Shown piece after piece: positions 48,868 to 58,187 of a DNA stretch of 64,000 nt; the stretch's first letter is position 1; each line of letters starts with the position of its first letter. This DNA comes from Candidatus Aenigmatarchaeota archaeon (lineage in GTDB: Archaea; Aenigmatarchaeota; Aenigmatarchaeia; CG10238-14; SCSR01), in NCBI GenBank assembly GCA_039091335.1, contig JAWCME010000002.1, positions 8,735-72,734 of the forward strand, in the 5' to 3' direction. The notes under the pieces are model-generated. The model was given only the letters and a program-made list of their open reading frames with translations. It was not told where the DNA came from and did not search any database. A program made the translations under genes and the position numbers.

Positions 48868-50043
48868 ATGAGAATCGCTTTCTTTTCTTGGGAGTATCCA
48901 CCCTTCTTGGTGGGTGGTCTTGGAACTTACTCTTTTAACATGGTTAAAAAATATGTTGAAAGGGGAAATGAAGTTTCAGTTTTTACAATGAATTTTAATT
49001 CAAAAGAATTTGAAGAAAAAAATGGGATAAAAATCTATAGGCCTTTTTATCCGGATAGTTCAAAGGCAATTTCAATTTTTGCTAATTTTGACATACTAAG
49101 CTGGGGTGAAAACATCAAACTCTTTTCAGACATTTTCAACTACAACCTTCTCTCAGCCAAGAAGTTCATCGAAGTTTCAAAAAAAGAAAAGTTCGATGTA
49201 ATAGCGATACACGACTGGATTTCAGCCTTTTCTGGGCTCATGCTTAAACAAACCAAAATTCCAACAGTTTTTCACTTACATTCTGTGGAAGAAGTGAGAA
49301 ACTACTTTGGTTCAGAAACTTTGAAAAGGTTGGAAAGGGAGATGGCAAAAGAAGCGGAGAAGATAATTACCGTTTCTGAATCCATGAAAAATTTTTTGAG
49401 TTCAATAGGGTATGAAAGAGAAAAAATTTCAGTTTGTTGGAATGGAGCCGACCCTGAAGTTTTAGACCCTAAAAAAGTTGATTTTGATTTGGTAGAAAAA
49501 TTGAGGGAAAAGTACAACCTTCGAGAAGAGAGAGTTATTTTCTTTATCGGTAGACTTACATGGTTCAAGGGAATTTTTAATCTAGTCAAAGCAATGCCCA
49601 TTGTATTGAAAGAATTTCCAGAAACAAAATTGATAATGGTAGGAATCGGTGAAGTGAAATTTCTAATGGATTTGGTAAAAAATCTATGTTTGGAAAAAAA
49701 AGTAGTTCTAGTTAACAAGTGGTTGAAAGACGAAGAAAAACTTGCTCATTTTGCTTTAGCCGATGTTTGCGTTTTTCCAAGCATAAACGAGCCTTTTGGT
49801 ATAGTTGCTTCTGAGGCCATGGCAATGGAAAAACCAGTTGTGGTGGGAGCTTCGGGAGTTTCTGGTTTCAAAGAACAAGTTGTTCCGGCTGGAGAAAAAA
49901 GAACGGGCGTGCATGTTGATGGTAATAGTCCAGAAGAAACAAAAAAATGGGGAAAGAATGGAAGAAAGCTAGTTTTGGAAAAATTCAATTTTGATGTAGC
50001 TTCAGATAGAACATTATCAATTTATGAAGATTTAATCAAATAA
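48868..50043 (+). CDS. group 1 glycosyltransferase, paralog of 44065-45234
   Basis: MRIAFFSWEYPPFLVGGLGTY and EPFGIVASEA. The C-terminal region is about 12 aa shorter than the paralog. Confidence 0.8.
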   Translation: MRIAFFSWEYPPFLVGGLGTYSFNMVKKYVERGNEVSVFTMNFNSKEFEEKNGIKIYRPFYPDSSKAISIFANFDILSWGENIKLFSDIFNYNLLSAKKFIEVSKKEKFDVIAIHDWISAFSGLMLKQTKIPTVFHLHSVEEVRNYFGSETLKRLEREMAKEAEKIITVSESMKNFLSSIGYEREKISVCWNGADPEVLDPKKVDFDLVEKLREKYNLREERVIFFIGRLTWFKGIFNLVKAMPIVLKEFPETKLIMVGIGEVKFLMDLVKNLCLEKKVVLVNKWLKDEEKLAHFALADVCVFPSINEPFGIVASEAMAMEKPVVVGASGVSGFKEQVVPAGEKRTGVHVDGNSPEETKKWGKNGRKLVLEKFNFDVASDRTLSIYEDLIK

Positions 50044-50046
50044 TAA

Positions 50047-50820
50047 TTGATGTCAAGAATAATAAGCATAATTTCTGGAAAGGGCGGAGTTGGAAAAACA
50101 ACCTTAACTGCAAATCTTGGGGTGGCGCTGGCAAAATTTGGAAAAAGAGTGGTAGCAGTAGATTGTAATCTAACCACATCTCATCTTGGTTTTTATTTTG
50201 GTTTGTATTATTATTCAAAAACATTGAATCATGTTTTAAAAGGAGAGGCCGCTGTTTCTGACACAATCTACAATTTTTATCCAAATTTTTCGATTATTCC
50301 AGCTTCTCTCTCATTAGAAGATTTGGTTGGGGTTGAAATCTCTCAACTCAAGCCATCTTTGGATGAACTTTCCTCAAAGAACGATATAATTTTGCTAGAT
50401 TCTGCTCCTGGAATTGGAAGGGAGGCTTTAAGTGTTTTAACAATAAGCAAAGAGGCAATTTTTGTTGCAACCCCAAACATACCATCTATTGCAGATGTTA
50501 TGAAATGTAGTAAGTTAGTAAAAGAATTGGAAGTTGAGCCTATAGGAATTGTATTGAACATGGTAAAGAAAAATTCAACCGAACTAAGCGAAACGGAGGT
50601 TGAAGAATTAACAAACCTTCCGATACTTGCAAAAATACCATACGATAAGAATGTGGAAAAGAGCTTAAAATTAGGTTTACCTTTGATTTATGTTAAGCCA
50701 TATTCTCCTGCAAGTGTGGAAATAACAAATTTGGCAGCGCTTCTATTAGGAGAAAAGCCTTTAAAAAAAGGATTTTTCCATAGGATAATATCAACATTTA
50801 GGTCAGCTATAAATTTTTAA
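50047..50820 (+). CDS. MinD/ParA-family P-loop ATPase, second copy
   Basis: SGKGGVGKTT. Same 257-aa length as the 16105-16878 copy. Confidence 0.85.
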   Translation: MMSRIISIISGKGGVGKTTLTANLGVALAKFGKRVVAVDCNLTTSHLGFYFGLYYYSKTLNHVLKGEAAVSDTIYNFYPNFSIIPASLSLEDLVGVEISQLKPSLDELSSKNDIILLDSAPGIGREALSVLTISKEAIFVATPNIPSIADVMKCSKLVKELEVEPIGIVLNMVKKNSTELSETEVEELTNLPILAKIPYDKNVEKSLKLGLPLIYVKPYSPASVEITNLAALLLGEKPLKKGFFHRIISTFRSAINF

Positions 50821-50837
50821 AAGCAATAATTTAAAAA

Positions 50838-51083
50838 ATGGAAATTACTGTTTTGAAAGAAAAAGATAATCAATTATTGAAAAGAAAGGAAATTTTACTA
50901 GAGTTAAGTCATTTATCACAACCAACCCCAAAAAAAGAAGAAGTAAAAGAAAAAGTAGCTTCTTTGTATAACGTAGAAAAGGATAGGGTATTTGTCCAAT
51001 ACATATTTACAAAAAAAGGGATACCTAAATCAATAGCTAAGGTTAAAATAGAGGAGGGGAAGGTTGAAACACAAACAAGTTAG
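50838..51083 (+). CDS. rps24e: ribosomal protein S24e
   Basis: [23 protein letters not shown] pattern. Confidence 0.85.
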   Translation: MEITVLKEKDNQLLKRKEILLELSHLSQPTPKKEEVKEKVASLYNVEKDRVFVQYIFTKKGIPKSIAKVKIEEGKVETQTS

Positions 51084-51237
51084 ACAAGCAGATTTTTTTG
51101 CAGTAGAAGAAGGAAAAATAAATAGAAAATTGAGAAGTTGCCCTAGGTGCGGAAGCGGTGTTTTTATGGCCGAGCATGAACAGGAAGGAAAGAAAAGATA
51201 CTATTGTGGAAAGTGCCGTATGACCATTTGGGAATAA
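51064..51237 (+). CDS. rps27ae: ribosomal protein S27ae
   Basis: Own translation: ...[34 protein letters not shown] start after SD GGAGGGG, overlapping the rps24e end. Below the track cutoff. Confidence 0.8.
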   Translation: MKHKQVRQADFFAVEEGKINRKLRSCPRCGSGVFMAEHEQEGKKRYYCGKCRMTIWE

Positions 51238-51239
51238 AA

Positions 51240-51485
51240 TTAAATTGGTTCTGCTAAAAACCCCTTTTCAACTTTTGTTATTTTTACTCTAACTTTTGTC
51301 CTTGGTTTTTTGATTCCGGAAGACCAGATGAGTTCACTCAATCTCTTGTCAATCTTAACTTCTCCTTTGACCTTTTCTTCTAACTCCTTTTTAATAATTT
51401 TCATCGCTTCCTTAGCTCTTTTCCAGTTCGGTGTTTTAACCAAACCTTTTCTTATGTTTATGGTTAGTATTTTTTCCTCAACCAT
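51240..51485 (-). CDS. rpl31e: ribosomal protein L31e
   Basis: ILTINIRKGLVKTPNWKRAKEAMKIIK pattern. Confidence 0.88.
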   Translation of the reverse strand: MVEEKILTINIRKGLVKTPNWKRAKEAMKIIKKELEEKVKGEVKIDKRLSELIWSSGIKKPRTKVRVKITKVEKGFLAEPI

Positions 51486-51569
51486 ATTCTTTTATTTTAT
51501 GAATTAGCTTAAAAAGGTATTGAAACTTCTTCAAAAACTTTATCTATTAAAAAAAACAAAAGAAAAAAT

Positions 51570-52016
51570 ATGAAAGGAATAAGCGCAATGATTGCTGTAG
51601 TTCTTCTAATAGCATTCACAGTAGCAGTAGGGGGACTAATAAGCGTTTGGTTCACAACATTCACAAGAACAACAACAAGTGGTGTAGAAGCAGCAACAAC
51701 AAACCAAACAAGATGTGCAGGTGCATATATAAAAGTAGACAGTGTCAAATCTCTTGGCGATTATGTTGGTATCGATAATACTAATACTACGGTAATATAT
51801 TCAAATCCCTCCCCACATACAATATCCTCCATTTCAATAATCTCAAATGGTGGAGAAAGTTTTGTTGGAACAACAACTTCGCTAGAACCTTCTGGAATAG
51901 GAAAATCCTATCTTAACCTTTCCTCTGGAACATCAGTAATTTTAAAAGGACTATGCCTAGCTTCAGTTCCAGTAGAAGGAAGCTGCAAAGTTGGAGAAGT
52001 TTGTTGGCAAATTTGA
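51570..52016 (+). CDS. archaeal type IV pilin-like protein (class III signal peptide)
   Basis: N-terminus MKGISAMIAVVLLIAFTVAVGG. Confidence 0.65.
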   Translation: MKGISAMIAVVLLIAFTVAVGGLISVWFTTFTRTTTSGVEAATTNQTRCAGAYIKVDSVKSLGDYVGIDNTNTTVIYSNPSPHTISSISIISNGGESFVGTTTSLEPSGIGKSYLNLSSGTSVILKGLCLASVPVEGSCKVGEVCWQI

Positions 52017-52018
52017 TT

Positions 52019-52168
52019 TTATATTTTAATCCTTTTCCTGTTTACTCTAATTCTTCTTGTTCTGGCTCTCTTTAACCCAAATTTTTTTATATCGGCCCAT
52101 CTTGGAGCTTGCTTTACTTTCATTATTGCTCCAAGTTTAATCTTCTTAGCAATATTTTTTTTACTCAT
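52019..52168 (-). CDS. rpl39e: ribosomal protein L39e
   Basis: Own translation: MSKKNIAKKIKLGAIMKVKQAPRWADIKKFGLKRARTRRIRVNRKRIKI. ATGA overlap with the rrp42 stop. Below the track cutoff. Confidence 0.65.
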   Translation of the reverse strand: MSKKNIAKKIKLGAIMKVKQAPRWADIKKFGLKRARTRRIRVNRKRIKI

Positions 52169-52926
52169 AAAATCACTAACTCCCTTATTTCCTTGCTTTT
52201 TTCTATTGCCATCTCAATCATCTTTTCTATGTCTTCTGGGGACAATTCCTCATTTCCTTGTTTTTGAATAGAGCAGATCTTATCATCGTCCCTTACACAT
52301 ACCGCCAGCTTCGCATTGATAACATTTTCTTCTTCAAAATTTGGATCAACTAAAAATCTTTCTTTGATTTTTGCCACACTGATATTTATTGGTTTAAAAA
52401 CAACAGGCAAACTTTTTTCAAACTCTCCCCTAACTATTTTATCTCCCTCAAGTCTTGGTATTTTTGTGTTTAAAAGGGCAGCAACACTTGCCAAGGCCGA
52501 GGCATCAAGCAAATTTCCATGATGATTGAGGATATGGATGTCTATAAATACACCCCAAACCATTTTCCCTGGCTCTAAACAAATCTTTTCAAGTTCTATT
52601 GCCTTTGATTCCCTTATTCCCCTATCAACAATTCTCGCAAGCTCTATTGCGTCTTCTCCTGGTGGGCCTAACTCAAAATCAGGAGAAGCGAGTGGTGTGA
52701 ATTCTGCACTGACGGATAAAACCCCATGCTCAGGAGAATCAGGAAAGGGCTGTGTTATATCAAGCTTAACTCCTGCCATAACCTCTGTTTCACCCATTTT
52801 AACAAGTGCAGAGCCTTCAGCTTTTTTAATTATCCCTGTTTTTATTTCTATTTTTCTAAATTGGTCAAAAGACCTACCATCCACTCTTTTACCTTTTTCT
52901 AATAATTCTATTGTATAATTTTCCAT
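52165..52926 (-). CDS. rrp42: exosome complex subunit Rrp42
   Basis: RNase PH-like fold, GKRVDGRSFDQFR N-terminus, and position after rrp41. Confidence 0.9.
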   Translation of the reverse strand: MENYTIELLEKGKRVDGRSFDQFRKIEIKTGIIKKAEGSALVKMGETEVMAGVKLDITQPFPDSPEHGVLSVSAEFTPLASPDFELGPPGEDAIELARIVDRGIRESKAIELEKICLEPGKMVWGVFIDIHILNHHGNLLDASALASVAALLNTKIPRLEGDKIVRGEFEKSLPVVFKPINISVAKIKERFLVDPNFEEENVINAKLAVCVRDDDKICSIQKQGNEELSPEDIEKMIEMAIEKSKEIRELVIL

Positions 52927-53633
52927 TACAATCTACCATACTTTTCTTTCAAAACCTTTTTTTGTATTTCATATATTTTTTTGCAAGACTCTGTCCCCAT
53001 TTCTATAAGTTTCTTAATCTCTTCTCTTGTTAGAATTCCGTCCATCTGTAATAGTGTTATTTTATTTTTTGTTGGTAATATCGCAAACGCAACATCTGCC
53101 TCAGAGTGTTGGTCTTCTATGCCAGAGAGGTCAACTATGAGCTTATCGTCTATCTTTCCGATAGAGCATGCTGCCACCAAATCTTTCATAGGAATTCCTG
53201 CATCAGCAAGTGCTAGGCTAGCAGCATTTAATCCAGTAACACGAGTTGAGCCGTCTGCCTGTAAAACTTCTATAAAAACATCTATAACCGCCCTTGGAAA
53301 TTCTTCAAGAAATATTACCGGTTCAAGTGCAAGCCTCACAACTTTTGAGATTTCTGTGCTTCTTCTATCTGGTCCAGGGCTTTTCCTTTCATCTACACTA
53401 AATGGTGCCATGTTATATCTACACCTCAAAATACATTTCTCCGGCTCCCTAAGATGCTCCGGAAAAAGTGCTTTTGGTCCGTACACAGAAGCAATAACTA
53501 TGGTATTACCAAACCTTACCATGGCAGAACCATCTGCCCTAGAAACAGCATCTAGTTTTATCTCTATCTCTCTCATCTCTTCCGGTAATCTTCCATCAAG
53601 TCTTTTCCCCTCTTTTATCAACTCTACTTTCAT
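52926..53633 (-). CDS. rrp41: exosome complex exonuclease Rrp41
   Basis: RLDGRLPEEMREIEI...ADGSA RNase PH pattern. Confidence 0.92.
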   Translation of the reverse strand: MKVELIKEGKRLDGRLPEEMREIEIKLDAVSRADGSAMVRFGNTIVIASVYGPKALFPEHLREPEKCILRCRYNMAPFSVDERKSPGPDRRSTEISKVVRLALEPVIFLEEFPRAVIDVFIEVLQADGSTRVTGLNAASLALADAGIPMKDLVAACSIGKIDDKLIVDLSGIEDQHSEADVAFAILPTKNKITLLQMDGILTREEIKKLIEMGTESCKKIYEIQKKVLKEKYGRL

Positions 53634-54289
53634 TCGCTCAACATCCTCTCTATTTTTTCGGTCAACCCAATTAAATGAGACTCCTTCTCTATCGTTAAAA
53701 TTGCCTCTATAACTTTCGCTTTATTCACCCCATTTATCCAAACTATTCCATTTTGACCAGCTATAATCTCACATCCACTCTTAGATTTAAGTATTGTTAT
53801 CATACTTCCTCCCCTTCCTATTACTCTTGGTATTTTTGTTGGGGTGATTTTTATAGTAGTTCCTCCATATAACTTTCTTGCGCCTATAGTTTTCATACTT
53901 ATTGTAACGGTTTTGTTTTTTGCTACTTTTGATATCTTGCAATATATAAGCTCTCCCAAGTCATAATATCTACTAATATCTGTTTTGAGGATGTCAACAT
54001 ATTCTCCCACAGCTTCGCTGATAGGAAGGAATGCAGTATAAGGCGAATTTATGTCAACGACCCAGCCAGAAGTTTGTATGTCGCTTATTGTTCCAATAAC
54101 CATATCTCCAACAGATGGAATATAAACTCCAGAAAGTGCCACTACTGTTATTTCGTTTTCAGTTATCTTTGGTATTCCAAGAACCTTTGCAAAAACCTCT
54201 TCTCCTTCAGCATAAGCACCTCTTCCAATTCTCCTTCCTTTCCTTTCTCCTATTTTTTCTCCGGGCAATACTATCTCTCTAACTTCCAT
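53630..54289 (-). CDS. rrp4: exosome RNA-binding subunit Rrp4 (S1+KH)
   Basis: IVLPGEKIG N-terminus, an S1 domain and a KH domain (VIGRGGSMI). Confidence 0.9.
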   Translation of the reverse strand: MEVREIVLPGEKIGERKGRRIGRGAYAEGEEVFAKVLGIPKITENEITVVALSGVYIPSVGDMVIGTISDIQTSGWVVDINSPYTAFLPISEAVGEYVDILKTDISRYYDLGELIYCKISKVAKNKTVTISMKTIGARKLYGGTTIKITPTKIPRVIGRGGSMITILKSKSGCEIIAGQNGIVWINGVNKAKVIEAILTIEKESHLIGLTEKIERMLSE

Positions 54290-54995
54290 ATTCTTCCCTC
54301 TTTACTATTTTTAGTTCAAAGTCACCATGAGTAATTGAAGAAATTTTTTGAAAAAGTTCGTCTTTAATACCAGCCAAAACTTGTAGGCTAACTTTTAAAC
54401 TTCCGTCATTCAACCAAGTCTCTGATAATAAATTACCATAATTCCTTAGAAAAGAATAACCTTTTCCAGCATATTGAGCAGGAATTTTTATCTCCAGAGT
54501 TAGTTTTTGAAAGCTTATTGGTATGACTGTTTTTATTGCTTTCACCACATTATCAACCTGTTGCTCTGCATCAAGAAAAGGGTCTATGTTTATTCCAACC
54601 TTTTCTATTGCGCTTAATATTCTCTGAGGAGGATGTGGGGAGTTTGTTTGTGGGTTTATCCCTCTTCTTGAAATTATGTCTGCTATTTGGTTTTTTTTAG
54701 TTTTAATCATTTCCCTTCTTTGTTCTGTTGTAAGTTGTATCTCTCCTTCCTTTATTATTTTTTCTGCAACTTTAAGCACATCGGTTGTGCCAAAAACATT
54801 TTGCAATTCTGATTCCGGAATAGTTTCAGTGCTTCTAACATCACGATATATTGCCGGATATGCAAGTACATCTTCTATCAAAACCTTCTCCCCCTTCTTT
54901 AGTCCTAAGGCTTTGTAAGGATCTACCAACACCTCAAATTTTTTTCCAGAGCGATGTAGTCTAGCAATAACCGCCTTCTCTATGCTTACAGTCAA
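54279..54995 (-). CDS. sdo1: SBDS-family ribosome maturation protein
   Basis: AVIARLHRSGKKFEVLVDP pattern. TTG start after a GTGATGG SD-like element. Confidence 0.88.
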   Translation of the reverse strand: MTVSIEKAVIARLHRSGKKFEVLVDPYKALGLKKGEKVLIEDVLAYPAIYRDVRSTETIPESELQNVFGTTDVLKVAEKIIKEGEIQLTTEQRREMIKTKKNQIADIISRRGINPQTNSPHPPQRILSAIEKVGINIDPFLDAEQQVDNVVKAIKTVIPISFQKLTLEIKIPAQYAGKGYSFLRNYGNLLSETWLNDGSLKVSLQVLAGIKDELFQKISSITHGDFELKIVKREEYGS

Positions 54996-54999
54996 ACCA

Positions 55000-55739
55000 T
55001 CACTTAATTTTTTCCGTCTCTTCTCTACTTAACTTTCTAAATTTTCCATCCTTTTCTATTATTGCAATATCTATACTCTCTTCTTTTCCAATTTTTTCTG
55101 ATTTTGATAGAATATCAATTGCAAGTCTTATTGCTTCCTTTCTGTCCATTCCCTCCCTCCATTTCTGTCTCAATGTTTTGTTTGCTAGCGTCCCACCCCT
55201 TCCTATGCCGTATGCCTTCCACTCATAAAGCATACCAGAAGGATCTGATTCTATTAGATGCGCTCCAGTTTTGTCAACACCTCCAATAAGAATGGTTGTT
55301 CCAAAGGGTCTTAGTCCTGCATATAATGTGGAGAGTTGCATTCTATCACCTATTGCCCTTGCAATACCCCAAACATCTATAGGTTCTTCATAGGTTATTT
55401 TATGTACTTGTGCCTTTATTCTTGCTTGGTTTATCAAAACCCTAGCATCAGCTAACAACCCAGCTGAGACAGAACCTATGTGTTCATCTATCTGGAATAT
55501 CTTCTCCACGGATTCTGAAACGATTAATGTGCCTGTTGGCTTTATTGTTGCAAGTAGCACACCGTCCTTAAAGATAATTCCAAGGCAAGTTGTTCCTCTT
55601 TTGACAGCTTCTTTTGCATATTCTACTTGAAATAGTCTTCCGTCTGGGGAGAAGACAGCAATTGTTCTATCATAACCCATATGAGCAACCTTCAGCTATT
55701 AGCTGAAGGTTAATACTCTGGAAGTATTTGTGGTGGCAT
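55000..55739 (-). CDS. psmA: proteasome alpha subunit, with a 9-codon first exon and a 32-nt intron
   Basis: Exon 2 (55680-55000) is the track ORF, MGYDRTIAVFSPDGRLFQVEYA.... Exon 1 (55739-55713) is ATG CCA CCA CAA ATA CTT CCA GAG TAT, preceded by SD GAGGTGAT. The spliced product begins MPPQILPEYMGYDR.... Confidence 0.85.
55681..55712 (-). other. BHB-type intron in the psmA pre-mRNA
   Basis: On the minus strand: central helix GAGT(55718-15)/GCTC(55686-83), bulges ATT(55714-12) and ATA(55682-80), 10-12 bp inner palindrome, 4-bp outer helix. Confidence 0.75.
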
Positions 55740-55744
55740 TATTC

Positions 55745-55752
55745 ATCACCTC
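55745..55752 (-). promoter_or_regulatory. Shine-Dalgarno element for psmA exon 1
   Basis: GAGGTGAT lies 5 nt upstream of ATG 55739. The same GGTGAT-type element precedes rps6e and other genes here. Confidence 0.5.
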
Positions 55753-55815
55753 ATTTTTCTCCTAATCATAATAATCAATTTATTTTTATTAGTTTTTCAT
55801 GTTTTAAAATGTATG

Positions 55816-56154
55816 CTATAAACCCAAGGATTTTATTGTTCCAGATACTTTTAATATTTTAAAAATTACCCTTGAGTCTCCTAGTCTTGAGATAAGACCT
55901 AAACAAGAAATAACTTTTTGCACAGATTTGTTATTGCACTTTATTACTCCAACTTGTTCTTTTTCCTTATACAAATTCTTTATTATCCACAAAGAAGTTT
56001 GAGAAAAGCCATGCTCTCCAAAAAACTCTAAGCAGGAATTAATTATTGCGTGTTCTAAATCAGAATAGACTATTGGTTCTTCGGAAATAACCTTAAATTT
56101 TATGTATCTTTCTTTTTCCCTTAGCGTGGGCAACAAATTCTTTAGTTTTTTCAT
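55816..56154 (-). CDS. rnp2: RNase P protein component Pop5 (Rnp2)
   Basis: LPTLREKERYIKFKVISE pattern. Confidence 0.8.
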   Translation of the reverse strand: MKKLKNLLPTLREKERYIKFKVISEEPIVYSDLEHAIINSCLEFFGEHGFSQTSLWIIKNLYKEKEQVGVIKCNNKSVQKVISCLGLISRLGDSRVIFKILKVSGTIKSLGL

Positions 56155-56579
56155 TTTTTTCTCCTCATAATATCTATCAAAATTTTTCTATGGTCAAAAC
56201 CGAGATTTAGTTTTAAAGCCTCTTTTATTGGAAAAAAATCAACTTCTTCTGCTTCTCTTCTCGCTTTAACTCTATTTCCTATGGGTTTACAAAAGTATGC
56301 AATAGATATAACATGTCCTCTTGGGTCACGATTAGGAGAATCATAAATACCAATTAAATCCAGAATTTTTACTTCAAGTCCAGTTTCTTCTTTAACCTCT
56401 CTTATGCATGCCTCTTTTGTTTTTTCCCCAGGAATAACAAATCCTCCCGGAAGCGCATAACTCCCTTTAAACGGTTGTGTTTTTCTTTTCAATAAAAGCA
56501 CTCTTCCTCTATGAATAACAACAGCATCTACAGCCACAGGCACGGTTGGTCTTGTTACTTTTATTGCAGACATTCTCAT
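56151..56579 (-). CDS. NUDIX hydrolase
   Basis: Nudix box GGFVIPGEKTKEACIREVKEETGL. Start set to the ATG at 56579, which makes an ATGA overlap with the rnp3 stop. Confidence 0.85.
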   Translation of the reverse strand: MRMSAIKVTRPTVPVAVDAVVIHRGRVLLLKRKTQPFKGSYALPGGFVIPGEKTKEACIREVKEETGLEVKILDLIGIYDSPNRDPRGHVISIAYFCKPIGNRVKARREAEEVDFFPIKEALKLNLGFDHRKILIDIMRRKK

Positions 56580-57292
56580 CTCACTATCTTTACTCCAGGC
56601 ATAATCCATTTTTCATCCTTCCTCTCTTCAATCATCTTAATAATATTACTTGGAATATTTGTTATTGCATCCTTTGCTTCTTTATATTCTAGGCCAAGCT
56701 GACAAGCCATTGATACCAAGCATTCTGGGGCCCTAAGTTCCCAGCAAGATATTGCACCAGAGCAAAGTATTATTTTTGCACCAAACTTTTTTGCTAAAAA
56801 AACATTCTGTGCAATATTTTTTAATACGATACTCCTATTCCTTTTTGTAGATAGAAGAATTTCTCTAAAGTTTATTTCTATTGCTACATTATTCTCTGCA
56901 GCCAGTCTTACTGAAACATGGTCAAGCCCGGAATCATTTCTATTGTATTCGGGATGTGTCAAAATATCAACTTCTGGCGTCCCACACGCCTTTCTGTTTA
57001 AATTTAAATCCCCTCCTCTTGCCAGTAGAATATCAAACTCTCTTCTTCTATTTGCTAATTGTATCAATTCCTTTATGTTTCTGGCTTCAAAACCTAGTAG
57101 AATTTTTATTTTGGTTTTTTCTTCAACTCTTTTGATTTCAGCTTTTAATATTTCCTCCTCTTCCTTTCTAAGAGGATAAGAAGTAAAACAAATTCCACAA
57201 TATCCCAATTCTTTTGCCATGGACGCCAATTCTTCTAGGCTAGACTCACCACCTGAGAATGCACTATGTACATGTAAGTCATACGCCTTCAT
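56576..57292 (-). CDS. rnp3: RNase P protein component Rpp30 (Rnp3), PHP fold
   Basis: MKAYDLHVHS N-terminus and family length. Confidence 0.8.
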   Translation of the reverse strand: MKAYDLHVHSAFSGGESSLEELASMAKELGYCGICFTSYPLRKEEEEILKAEIKRVEEKTKIKILLGFEARNIKELIQLANRRREFDILLARGGDLNLNRKACGTPEVDILTHPEYNRNDSGLDHVSVRLAAENNVAIEINFREILLSTKRNRSIVLKNIAQNVFLAKKFGAKIILCSGAISCWELRAPECLVSMACQLGLEYKEAKDAITNIPSNIIKMIEERKDEKWIMPGVKIVR

Positions 57293-57326
57293 AATTATCT
57301 TGGTTTTGTTTTAAACTTAAATTTGA

Positions 57327-57830
57327 CTACTTTTTTCTTGATTTTTTGGCAGCAGCAGTTAATCCCCTTAAAGCCCTTTTTCTATGTGCAGGTAGAGATA
57401 TCCAATTAATCTTTGGGTCTTTAATTATATTTGGATTTTTAGGGTCTACAAGCAAACATTCAAACCATTTATACATACCATCTTCACCCACATAGTAGCT
57501 TCCAATTACTTCAAGGTTCGGGAATTTTCTGTTCGCTTTCTGTTCGGCTATTGCTTGTAAAGATTGTTTTGGTGTAAATTTTACTAGTCCTGACTTCGAC
57601 GGTTTCCTTCCTCTCCTTCCATAAAGTTTTCTCCTTCTTCCTCCCTTCCTTACTTTTACTCTAGCTACTACATATCCCTTCTTGGCTTTATATCCCAATT
57701 CCCTTGCTCTATCGAGACGAGTTGGCTTTTCTATTTTTTCTACTGTATGCTGCCTTCTCCATTCTATTAATTTTTCCTTTAACTCTTTCTTCCAATTTTC
57801 CTTTATATAATGATACATTCCTTTGACCAT
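57327..57830 (-). CDS. rpl15e: ribosomal protein L15e
   Basis: [11 protein letters not shown]...[16 protein letters not shown] pattern. Confidence 0.92.
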   Translation of the reverse strand: MVKGMYHYIKENWKKELKEKLIEWRRQHTVEKIEKPTRLDRARELGYKAKKGYVVARVKVRKGGRRRKLYGRRGRKPSKSGLVKFTPKQSLQAIAEQKANRKFPNLEVIGSYYVGEDGMYKWFECLLVDPKNPNIIKDPKINWISLPAHRKRALRGLTAAAKKSRKK

Positions 57831-57889
57831 GGTTTCACTTTACATTAACTTTATATATATTACAGATTAAATTGTTTTAAAGGTGAAGT

Positions 57890-58138
57890 ATGCATCCAAT
57901 AGGTAAAATAATAGTAGGAGCAATCCTGATGATAGGTAGTGTATACTACATTTTCCGAGGAATACCAGGTATGTTTGAACCAGCACTTCCTGCTTTGATA
58001 GTAGTATTAAATGGAGCAATTCCACCATTCGTTTTCCTTATAGGACTTTTCATAGTATGGCTAGAATTAGACGAGCTTAGAATAGAGAGGGAACTGAAGC
58101 AGGAAGAAAAGAAGGCAAGAGCAAAAAGAAAGAGATAA
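57890..58138 (+). CDS. hypothetical small membrane protein
   Basis: 82 aa with two TM helices and a charged tail. SD-like AAAGGTGAAGT lies before the ATG. Confidence 0.35.
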   Translation: MHPIGKIIVGAILMIGSVYYIFRGIPGMFEPALPALIVVLNGAIPPFVFLIGLFIVWLELDELRIERELKQEEKKARAKRKR

Positions 58139-58187
58139 GTCCTTTCATTTTTAAATTTTATTAGTACTATTTTTTAAAGGTAAGTTT

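Noticed and set aside
52981-53712. A 243-aa plus-strand ORF, together with many other antisense ORFs of 60-150 aa (e.g. 2707-3153, 16440-16796, 18159-18497, 27893-28297, 49302-49718, 52526-52918).
   Set aside because: They lie fully antisense to well-supported conserved genes and have low-complexity Ser/Leu/Phe-rich translations typical of shadow ORFs in AT-rich DNA.
55687-55711. A perfect palindrome, AACCTTCAGCTA-T-TAGCTGAAGGTT, first read as an operator or a terminator between rnp2 and psmA.
   Set aside because: Its flanks supply a 4-bp helix, two 3-nt bulges and an outer helix in exact BHB geometry. Excision joins an SD-led ATG in frame to psmA. It is therefore reinterpreted as the inner helix of an intron.
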